Of a stretch of 57,693 nt of DNA, positions 8,501 through 15,945 are shown one piece after another. This stretch comes from Candidatus Eiseniibacteriota bacterium. Its GTDB lineage: Bacteria > Eisenbacteria > RBG-16-71-46 > SZUA-252. The stretch's first letter is position 1. Each line of letters begins with the position of its first letter. The DNA is taken from contig DATJGP010000038.1 of the NCBI GenBank assembly GCA_035494915.1, positions 1 to 57,693 of the forward strand, written 5' to 3'. The notes under the pieces were generated by a model, which did no database searches, was not told where the DNA came from, and saw only the letters and a program-made list of their open reading frames with translations. The position numbers were made by a program, and so were the translations under genes.

Positions 8501-11221
8501 TTAGAATTGGACCCCCAGTCCCAACCGGATCACGCGTCCCTGCTGGAACACGCGCGGATCGCTGACCGGGAACCAGTCCTCACGACCGTCCCCGTCCAGA
8601 TCCTGGGTCAGGAAGGCTCCACCGGCCCTGCCCGTCTCTGTGTAGTAGACCGTGTACGAATTCGAGTTCACCCCGTTGTTCGGCCACAGGCTGGGCTGCA
8701 GCTCCGTGATGTTCTCCGCGTCGAGCAGGTTCGTGCCCTGGAGGTAGAACGTGACGCTCTGCCCCCAGACGCGGAAGAACCGCTCCGCCTGGACCGAAAG
8801 GGTGGACGTCGAGGGGAGGCGCTCCGAGTTGACGAGCGCAGGGTCCTGCCGCCGCTGCTCGCGCTGCTCCGGCGTGTAGGGGAAGCCGGTGCCGAACTGA
8901 TAGATGAACGAGGCCGCCCAGTCCTTCTCATTTCCGAGCCGGAGGGTGGCGGACAGGCTGTGCCGCTGGTCCCACTCGAGCGGCTGCTCCGAGGTCGGCT
9001 TGTACTGATCGCTCAAATTCCCCGAGCTGGCGAGCGCGCGATTGGGATCGGACGCGGTCCCGGTCGCGTTGCCGTAGGTGTAGTTGAGCTCGCCCGAGAA
9101 GCCGTGGCTGTGCCGCTTGATGAGCGTCATCTCGATGCCGCGCGAGGAGGCATAGTCGCCGTTCACGCGGGTCGGGACCGTGATCGCGAAGCCCGGCACT
9201 TCCTGATCGACCGTCGTGAGAAGGCCGAAGATGTCTTTGAAGTAGACGCCGAACTGACCATAGATCTCCTTGCTGAACAGGTGCTGGACGCCGAGCTGGT
9301 AGGAGATCGTGGTCTGCGGTTCCAGGTTCGGATTGCCGCGCGCTTCCGCGGAGATGTTCCGACCCTGGTAGAGGTAGAGGCGATCCGGCACCTGGAAGAG
9401 CCGGCCGTAGTGGAAGCTCATGACGTCGCGGTCGGAGATGGGATACGCGATGCCGACGCGCGGGCTCACCTGCGTCTTCACCTTGTCCGCGACCTCGGCC
9501 GAAGAGATCTGGTTCCCCACCGAGAAGCTGTCGTACCGGACGCCGGCGTTGAGCACCATACCCTCGTACTCCCAGCGATCCTGTACGAAGAACGAGCCCT
9601 CTGGGTTGTAGTTCTGGAACTCGTCCCGCGTCGCCCCGTAGTCGCCGTTCGAGTCGAGCACGTTCGGGAACTGGGTCAGGAGGAACGAGAGGTCGTTGTA
9701 GTTGATGTCGCCGCCGACCATGAAGTTGTGGGCCTTGATCTTCTTCGAGAAGTCGCCGTTCAGAGTGTACGTGACGGTATTGCGGCGCTCGTAGAAGGGG
9801 TAGTCCCCGTTGGTCACGTAGTACTGGCCGTCGAGGCGGTTGAGCGGGTCGTAGTACTGGTTCGGCCGCTGCTGATATTCCCAGAGCTGGCGGTCGAGCA
9901 CGTCCTCGGTGGACTTCCACTGCTGCCTCGAGGCGCGGAGGTTGTAGATGGAGCCGATCCCCAGCGTCTGCTTCCAGGTCAACGCCACCTGCTGGTACGT
10001 CGCGTCCGTCACCGGCAGATGGTCGGCCGTGTTCATCGGGACGTAGGTCGAATCGACGGGGTAGTACGACCAGGTGCCGTAGCGCCGCGTGATCGTGCCG
10101 TCCGTGGGCGCCGTGGAGTCCTGGATCACCTGGACGAAGCCTTCCCGATTCCAGCGATTGTGGTAGCGGCCGTCCAGCGTGTGGTTGTCGATGAACTCGA
10201 AGTTCATCTTGGCGTTTGGCGTGACCTTGTAGGTCAGCTTGCTCGAGAGGTTGCTGGCATTCGCCTGGCGAAGGCCGGTCCGGATGAAGTCGAGGAAGCG
10301 GTGCTCGTCGTGCTGCGACGTGTTCGCCAGGTACGTGTCGGACCAGGTCCCCTCGTAGGAGATGTAGTAGTTGGTCTTGTTGAAGAGGAAGGGTCCGCCG
10401 AAGCCGACCGAGATGCGCTCGAAGTTGTTGAATTCCTTGTCGTGCTCGCCGTAGCGGTCGCTGAAGTAGCGCGCCTCGCCCGCGAACTTGTCTCCGCCCT
10501 CGCGCGTGGTCAGGCTGATGACGCCGGAGAGCGCGTTTCCGTACTGGGCGTCGAGACCTCCGAGCACCTGCTCGCTCGAGGACACCGCGAGGAGCCCGAG
10601 ATCCACGCCCTCGGCGCGGAGCGGATTCCGACTCGCGATGCCATTCACCACGGTCAGCACCTCGTCCGCGCGCCCGCCCCGGAAGTGGAGCTCACCTCCC
10701 TGGTTGATGACGCCCGCCTTCAATCCGATCGCGTCCTTGTAGCTGTCGACCGGGAGAGAGCGGAGGTCTTCGCTCGTGACGATCTGCTTGGTGGAGCTGT
10801 CCTTCTTGCGGATGGCGATCTTCTGATCGCCGCGAATGTCGACCGTCTTGATCTTGACGGCCTCGTCGGCCATCTTGAAATCGACGCTCGTGGTCCGGTT
10901 GGCGTCGACCTTGACTCCCATCTTTTCCTGCGGCGTGTAGCCGACCATCTTGACGCGAATCGTGTAGGTGCCCACCGGCACCTTGATGATGGTCGCGATC
11001 CCCTGGGCGTTCGTCTGCCCGCCCGTTTGCGCACCCAGAATGAACACGGGGGCGTACGGCATGGGAGCGCCGCTCTCGTCCACGACCTTGGCCACGATCG
11101 TCCCCGTATCAGCGAAGGCGGGGACCGCGAACGCTACGAGGACGAGTGCGAGGAACGAGGAGATCGAGGTCGGCCGCACCGCTCGGGCGGCCTTGTGACG
11201 CCGCGTCTTGCAGCTCCTCAT
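8501..11221 (-). CDS. SusC/RagA-like TonB-dependent receptor (CarboxypepD_reg-like domain, plug and barrel)
   Basis: The N-terminus has a signal peptide (SSFLALVLVAFAVPAFA) followed by a carboxypeptidase-regulatory-like domain (GTIVAKVVDESGAPMPYAPVFILG...GTYTIRVKMVGYTPQ). The plug region reads LRSLPVDSYKDAIGLKAGV...FRGGRADEVLTVVNGI. The long barrel ends LGLGVQF. I prefer the ATG at 11221 (MRSCKTRRHK, with AAGGAG 11 nt upstream) over the ORF-track start at 11320. Confidence 0.85.
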   Translation of the reverse strand: MRSCKTRRHKAARAVRPTSISSFLALVLVAFAVPAFADTGTIVAKVVDESGAPMPYAPVFILGAQTGGQTNAQGIATIIKVPVGTYTIRVKMVGYTPQEKMGVKVDANRTTSVDFKMADEAVKIKTVDIRGDQKIAIRKKDSSTKQIVTSEDLRSLPVDSYKDAIGLKAGVINQGGELHFRGGRADEVLTVVNGIASRNPLRAEGVDLGLLAVSSSEQVLGGLDAQYGNALSGVISLTTREGGDKFAGEARYFSDRYGEHDKEFNNFERISVGFGGPFLFNKTNYYISYEGTWSDTYLANTSQHDEHRFLDFIRTGLRQANASNLSSKLTYKVTPNAKMNFEFIDNHTLDGRYHNRWNREGFVQVIQDSTAPTDGTITRRYGTWSYYPVDSTYVPMNTADHLPVTDATYQQVALTWKQTLGIGSIYNLRASRQQWKSTEDVLDRQLWEYQQRPNQYYDPLNRLDGQYYVTNGDYPFYERRNTVTYTLNGDFSKKIKAHNFMVGGDINYNDLSFLLTQFPNVLDSNGDYGATRDEFQNYNPEGSFFVQDRWEYEGMVLNAGVRYDSFSVGNQISSAEVADKVKTQVSPRVGIAYPISDRDVMSFHYGRLFQVPDRLYLYQGRNISAEARGNPNLEPQTTISYQLGVQHLFSKEIYGQFGVYFKDIFGLLTTVDQEVPGFAITVPTRVNGDYASSRGIEMTLIKRHSHGFSGELNYTYGNATGTASDPNRALASSGNLSDQYKPTSEQPLEWDQRHSLSATLRLGNEKDWAASFIYQFGTGFPYTPEQREQRRQDPALVNSERLPSTSTLSVQAERFFRVWGQSVTFYLQGTNLLDAENITELQPSLWPNNGVNSNSYTVYYTETGRAGGAFLTQDLDGDGREDWFPVSDPRVFQQGRVIRLGLGVQF

Positions 11222-11275
11222 GAAGTCGTCCACTCCTTTCGAAGACAAGATTCGAAGGATCGAAAAAGCGTAACG

Positions 11276-11304
11276 TTTATGCGGTTTTTCGCGCCCCGAG
11301 TCAA
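11276..11304 (-). promoter_or_regulatory. Weak candidate sigma-70 promoter for the OM operon (TTGACT-N17-CATAAA)
   Basis: The minus strand reads ccTTGACTcggggcgcgaaaaaccgCATAAAcg, about 55 nt upstream of the ATG at 11221. It sits inside a 293-nt intergenic region that is lower in GC than its flanks. Confidence 0.25.
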
Positions 11305-11318
11305 GGCAATTCATTGCC
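11305..11318. promoter_or_regulatory. Perfect 14-bp palindrome GGCAAT-TC-ATTGCC (candidate operator)
   Basis: Read directly from the sequence: ggcaat tc attgcc. It lies immediately upstream of the -35-like TTGACT of the receptor operon. Confidence 0.3.
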
Positions 11319-11514
11319 AAACACCTGCTTGGAGCCGTCGAACGATGTTACGGACGATGCGATGGAAGAGCAAGTCGCACACACCATGGGCCATAGCCGG
11401 ACAGGTCGGTCGGGGGGTGCTCGACATCAGGGGGGGGAACTTCAGAGGACGCACCGAAGTACGTTCTCTTGAGAGGGAGTATATCCGGAAAGTTTCGGCC
11501 GACAAGGGATTTTT

Positions 11515-12861
11515 TCAAAATTCCGTCACGCTGGACATGTGAAAGCCCCGTATCCGCAGGGCCGGACAGACCACCCCTCCCGCCCTCACGGACGCGGACA
11601 GGCCCTCCACCCGCTGGAGCATCTCCACCACGCTCTGATTGAAGCGGAAGTTGCGGACCGCGTGTGTGATGCGCCCCTTCTCGATCGCGAACAAGCCGTC
11701 CCGGGTCATGCCGGTGAGGGTCGCCGTCTTCGGATCGACGACGTTCGTGTACCACACCCGGGTGACCCACAGCCCTCGCTCGATCCCCTCGAGAAGGCCC
11801 TCCGCGGGGCCGGTCCCTCCCTCCAGGACCAGATGGCGCGCGAGCGGGCCGATCGTGTTGGGAATCGGGAGGCTATGCCCCGTTGATTCCTTCCCTTCCT
11901 TCGCAGCCGTGGGGCGGTCGTAGACCGGCCCCCGCGCGATCCCGCGCTCGATCATCGTGGTGGCCCGGCTGGGGATCCCCTCGGCGTCGAAGGGAGAGCC
12001 GCGATGGAGCCGATGGAAGGGGTCGTCGCGGAGCGTGATGTTCTCCCCCATGACCCGCTCCCCGATCCGGCCCGAGAGGAAGCTGCGCCCCTCCTGCACG
12101 GCCAGAGCGCCGAGACCGATCCAGGACAGATCGGTGAGGAGGTCGGCGACGGCTGCCGGCTCGAGCACCACGGTGTAGGCGCCCGGGTCCCACGGCTTCG
12201 CATCGCGGGAGCGAATCGCCTTGTCGACCGCGCGGTCGGCCAAGGCGGCGCCGTCCACATCGGAGGCGCGCCAGCTCTCGCGCTCCGCCCAGCCCGACGC
12301 GGCTCCATCCAGCGCGGAGATGCGGAACGTCGCGTGAGTGCCGCGATGGTAGGCGAAGAGCCCGTTCGTGTTCGCGATGGCCATCGCGTCGAGCATGCCG
12401 TAGTCGCCGATCGTGCCGCGTCCGGTCTCGTAGATGCCGGCCGCGGTCACACCCGCCTCCACGCAACGCTCGACCGCGCGCCTGACCTCTCGCACGCGTC
12501 CGTCTGGGTCGAGATCCCCCGTCGCCGCATCGTCGGCGTCGACGCGCTGGTGCGTCTGCGGTCCAGGAAGCGGCAGGAGATCGGGGATCTCGGGCTGGAT
12601 GCGGGCCGCGGACGCGGCCGCATCGAGGAGGCGCTCGATGCCGCCGCGGGACAGATCGTTTCCATTCGCACGGCCCGTCCGCTTTCCGTCCACCACGCGA
12701 ATCGAGAGCTCGACCCGGTTCTCGGAGACGTTTTGCGTGATCTCGTTGTTCGCGAACCGCGTGAGCCGGCTCACCCCGCCGCCGATGACGGCCTCCACCT
12801 CGCGCTGCCCCGCCGCGGCAAGGACCTGATCGAGAATGGCGCGCGCTTCGGACTCAGTCAT
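11515..12861 (-). CDS. pmbA: TldD/PmbA-family protein, PmbA-like partner subunit (no HExxxH motif)
   Basis: 448-aa ORF. Its overall pattern is typical of PmbA/TldE: N-terminal LTRFANNEITQNV and C-terminal GLWVTRVWYTNVVDPKTATLTGMTRDGLFAIEKG. It overlaps the tldD stop by 8 nt. Confidence 0.75.
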   Translation of the reverse strand: MTESEARAILDQVLAAAGQREVEAVIGGGVSRLTRFANNEITQNVSENRVELSIRVVDGKRTGRANGNDLSRGGIERLLDAAASAARIQPEIPDLLPLPGPQTHQRVDADDAATGDLDPDGRVREVRRAVERCVEAGVTAAGIYETGRGTIGDYGMLDAMAIANTNGLFAYHRGTHATFRISALDGAASGWAERESWRASDVDGAALADRAVDKAIRSRDAKPWDPGAYTVVLEPAAVADLLTDLSWIGLGALAVQEGRSFLSGRIGERVMGENITLRDDPFHRLHRGSPFDAEGIPSRATTMIERGIARGPVYDRPTAAKEGKESTGHSLPIPNTIGPLARHLVLEGGTGPAEGLLEGIERGLWVTRVWYTNVVDPKTATLTGMTRDGLFAIEKGRITHAVRNFRFNQSVVEMLQRVEGLSASVRAGGVVCPALRIRGFHMSSVTEF

Positions 12862-14302
12862 CGTATCCGACCCCGACGTTCACCTTGCGGAACCGGGCGG
12901 GCGCCGAGCCGTGCGTCATCTCCGCCACCTGGCCGGGCTGCCCCTTGCCGCAGTTGGTCACACCCCACGGCTTCCACGCTTCGGGACCGCAGACGAAGTC
13001 GCAGGAATTCCAGAAGCGCGGCGTGATGCCCTGGTAGGTTGGATTGCGGAGCATGCGCACGCGCCGCCCCTTCTTGATCTCCCACGCGATCTCGGTCTTG
13101 AACTGGAAGTTGTATCGGAGCTGATCGATGCTCCAGCTGCGATTGGTCTCGAGGTAGAGACCATCGTCGGTGTCGGCGAGGAGATCTTCGAGCGAGCCCG
13201 TTCCGGGCATGAGGTTCAGGTTCACCATGCGGATCATGGGAACGTGATGCCAGCCGTCGGCGCGGACGCAGCCCCGGCTCCGCGATTCTCCGATCGTGTG
13301 CGCCAGCTCGCGCGAGGTGAGGTACCCCACGAAGAGCCCCTTCTCGACGATGGGCCAGCGCTGCGCTTCCACGCCCTCGTCGTCGTAGCCGAACGTGGCC
13401 AGACCGCCGGGGAGCGTGCCGTCGGCCATCAACGTCACGTGCTCCGATCCGAAGCGGAGCGCGCGAAGCTTGTCCGTCGTCAGGAAGCTCGTGCCCGCGT
13501 AATTCGCTTCCATGCCGAGCACGCGATCGAGCTCCGTGGGGTGTCCCACGGATTCATGGATCTGGAGCGCGAGCTGCGATCCTTCGAGGATGATGTCGCG
13601 CTCGCCTTGCGGGCAGGGATCGGCCGTCAGGAGCGCGACCGCCTCTTCACCGATCCGCGGCGCGTTCTCGACCCAGGGGATCGACTCGATGAACTCGTAG
13701 CCTCGCGTCTGATGAAAGCCCTCGGCCTGGGGAAAGCTCCGGCGCTGGACCTCGGTGGCGGAAACCGCGGTGGCGCTGTAGCCGCCTCCCGACCGGACGA
13801 TCGTCTGGTCGATGTCGCTCCCCTCGGTGCTCACGTAGAGCTGGCGCTTCTTCACGAAGGTGAGGAAGCCCTCGGCGATGGCGACGCCCGACACGCCCCG
13901 AAGCGCCTCGTCGACGCGAAAGAGGAGATCGAGCTTCCGCTCGAGTGGCACGTCGAAGGGGTCGATCGCGCATGGGGAGGTCCAGACGGCGCGATGGGGC
14001 GGCTCCGGCGCGAGGCGGACGGGGCTCCGGAGGAGGCCCGAGCTCGCGCGCGCGATGCCGACCGCCTCCGCGGCGCACGCGTCGACCGCGTCCTTCGTCA
14101 GGAATCCCGTCGCGGCGTAGCCCCAGCCGCCCCTCACGAGGACGCGCACGCCCAGGCCGACCGAGTCGGAGCGGTCCACGGAGCCGACCTGCCCGTTCTT
14201 GACCTGGAGGTCTTCGCGCTCGGTCTCGAGGAGACGCACGTCGGCGTAGTCGGCACCGCGCTGACGCGCCGTGTCGAGCGCCTGCTCTACGAGGGAGCGC
14301 AC
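12854..14302 (-). CDS. tldD: Metalloprotease TldD
   Basis: It carries the HExxxH motif (IHESVGHPTELD). The TldD-like N-terminus reads ALDTARQRGADYADVRL, and the C-terminus reads GKGQPGQVAEMTHGSAPARFRKVNVG. I chose the GTG at 14302 because the ORF-track start (14368) would overlap the upstream gene by 53 nt. Confidence 0.8.
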   Translation of the reverse strand: MRSLVEQALDTARQRGADYADVRLLETEREDLQVKNGQVGSVDRSDSVGLGVRVLVRGGWGYAATGFLTKDAVDACAAEAVGIARASSGLLRSPVRLAPEPPHRAVWTSPCAIDPFDVPLERKLDLLFRVDEALRGVSGVAIAEGFLTFVKKRQLYVSTEGSDIDQTIVRSGGGYSATAVSATEVQRRSFPQAEGFHQTRGYEFIESIPWVENAPRIGEEAVALLTADPCPQGERDIILEGSQLALQIHESVGHPTELDRVLGMEANYAGTSFLTTDKLRALRFGSEHVTLMADGTLPGGLATFGYDDEGVEAQRWPIVEKGLFVGYLTSRELAHTIGESRSRGCVRADGWHHVPMIRMVNLNLMPGTGSLEDLLADTDDGLYLETNRSWSIDQLRYNFQFKTEIAWEIKKGRRVRMLRNPTYQGITPRFWNSCDFVCGPEAWKPWGVTNCGKGQPGQVAEMTHGSAPARFRKVNVGVGYDD

Positions 14303-14315
14303 GCCGGACGCGAAG

Positions 14316-15899
14316 CTAGAAGGCGCGCTGGATGAAGAGGTAGCCCTGATCTCCGAACCCGATCTCATCGGCCGGATCGTCGGGCGCCGAGTTGTAGTGG
14401 TAATGCTGGTACGAGGCGTCGATGCGCCACTGGAGGGCGTTCCAGAAGTAGCCGAGGCCGAGCGTGAGGGCCGTTCCCTTGACCGGCGCGCTCGCGTCCG
14501 TGCGATTCGGATCGAGGCGGATCAGCTGCACCCCCGCGCGAAGCGGAAGCGCGGGCTTGAGGCGGTACTCGCCGCCGATGTTGAAGGTCGAGTTCATCCG
14601 GTCGATATCCGGGATCTGATACGTGAAGTCCTGGCGGAACTCGCGCGCGAGCTGCATCTCCGCCCCGAGCACGCCCTGCTTGTTCGGGAGGTCCACCGAG
14701 AGCCCGCCGGCGAAGTTGTAGCCTTCCCGCTTCACGTCGAGCTCGTTCACGGTGGGAATGACGACTTCGTTCGCGCGGATCCACTCGAACTGGCGGTAAT
14801 AGGCCCAGCGGACGCCCAGATGAACGGGGCGGCCGGGTAGCCCCACGAGCCAGCGCGTACTCACCTCGTTGTGCCGTAGCCCGCTGAGGAACGCGGACCA
14901 GTGCTTCTTGAACACGTTGTCCGGATCGGCGACGCCCGGGAGCGGGTTCATGAAGAACTGCGGCGCCCAGTTGATGCGTGCCACCTCTTCCCCGTCGAAG
15001 GAGCGGTGCCGTCCGTCCACGATCCCCTCGAGCCAGGACATGTTCTTGTAATGAATGGCGGCGCCGTACGCGACTTCGGGGCGGTCCCAGTCGAACTCGT
15101 CTTCGTTGAGAGGGGACTCGCCGACGCCGGTCACGTTCGCTTTCGCGTATTGCCCCCATCCCGAGAGCGTCATCTCCGAATTGAGGACATGAGGCCGATA
15201 CATGGCCCCGCCCTGGATCTCCGTCCGCTCGCTCGTGACGTTGAGATCGTACGGAATGAGGAGGCGTCGGTTCTCGCTCTCGGTCCGAAACCCGATTCGT
15301 GCGCCCAGCGTGAGCCCTTCCAGGAATTCGCGCGCGTAGATCGCGGAGATCGTGGGCGATTGGATTCCGGCGCCGAACGTCCGATCGGTCGTGACCGGCG
15401 ACAGCTCCGGCGCGACGGGAAGATCGAAATCGCGGATGAAGCGGGCGTCGTCGGGCGAGGGCATCTGGTCGTGACGGCTCGCGTCCACGTTGGCGTAATC
15501 GAAGGACGCGGCCATGGCCCACTTCCCTCCGGGCCGGAACTCGCCGCGAACACCGGCCCCGTGCAGAATGGCGCTGTTCGCGAAATTGTAGTCGGTCGCA
15601 TCGTGCCCCTGATACGTGATGGGCACCTCGACGTACGAGCTGTCGCGCGACTCGCGAAGCCCGGCCGGATTGTTGGAATACCCGTACGGGTCGAGACGGC
15701 TTTGATCGTCCGGGATGGCGACTTCGATGCCGCCCATTGCCTTGAGCCGGGCGGAGCCATTCCCCGTGAACGGCTCGACCGGTGTTCCGTTCAGCCAGGC
15801 GTCGAGGACCTGTGCCTGGACCATGCCCGCGGTCGCGGGAAGGACGAGGATCGCGGACGCGACGAGAAGCGTTCGCGCAGAGCGCGTCAAAGAGGACAT
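14316..15899 (-). CDS. Outer-membrane beta-barrel protein with a PorV/FadL-like N-terminal motif
   Basis: Signal peptide MSSLTRSARTLLVASAILVLPATAGMVQAQ. The motif ARLKAMGGIEVAIPDDQSRLDPYGYSNNPAGL parallels the PorV-like motif at 4702..5688. The sequence alternates in a beta-strand-like manner and ends in Phe (YLFIQRAF). The start was moved to the ATG at 15899. Confidence 0.55.
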   Translation of the reverse strand: MSSLTRSARTLLVASAILVLPATAGMVQAQVLDAWLNGTPVEPFTGNGSARLKAMGGIEVAIPDDQSRLDPYGYSNNPAGLRESRDSSYVEVPITYQGHDATDYNFANSAILHGAGVRGEFRPGGKWAMAASFDYANVDASRHDQMPSPDDARFIRDFDLPVAPELSPVTTDRTFGAGIQSPTISAIYAREFLEGLTLGARIGFRTESENRRLLIPYDLNVTSERTEIQGGAMYRPHVLNSEMTLSGWGQYAKANVTGVGESPLNEDEFDWDRPEVAYGAAIHYKNMSWLEGIVDGRHRSFDGEEVARINWAPQFFMNPLPGVADPDNVFKKHWSAFLSGLRHNEVSTRWLVGLPGRPVHLGVRWAYYRQFEWIRANEVVIPTVNELDVKREGYNFAGGLSVDLPNKQGVLGAEMQLAREFRQDFTYQIPDIDRMNSTFNIGGEYRLKPALPLRAGVQLIRLDPNRTDASAPVKGTALTLGLGYFWNALQWRIDASYQHYHYNSAPDDPADEIGFGDQGYLFIQRAF

Positions 15900-15945
15900 G
15901 GCGTACTCCGGGATCGATACGATGCGGGGAGTGGTCATCGGGCGC

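Noticed and set aside
11303-11320. Sigma-54-like element TTGGCAatgaaTTGCC (minus strand) upstream of the receptor operon, tempting because rpoN is in the window.
   Set aside because: The GG and GC dinucleotides are separated by 9 nt rather than the canonical 10 (TGGCAC-N5-TTGC). The match is better explained as one face of the perfect GGCAAT-TC-ATTGCC palindrome, which is reported as a candidate operator instead.
11311-11505. 64-aa minus-strand ORF that fills the 293-nt intergenic region upstream of the receptor operon.
   Set aside because: It has a TTG start and no ribosome-binding site. Its third-codon positions are visibly much less GC-rich than in neighbouring genes, and it uses rare codons (ATA, TCA, AGA, CAA). 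It has no signal peptide or motif. It is more likely non-coding regulatory sequence, although a small protein cannot be excluded.
8357-11542. Very long plus-strand ORFs: 8357..11542 (1061 aa), 21110..23590 (826 aa), 34355..36643 (762 aa), 41003..43192 (729 aa), 27145..29205, 19600..21630, 51701..53611, 6690..8504 and others.
   Set aside because: Each lies antisense to a minus-strand gene with unmistakable family motifs. Their translations are low-complexity and rich in R, G, A, P, D, H and V, with no recognisable motifs. This is the usual 'shadow ORF' artefact of high-GC DNA, where stop codons are rare.
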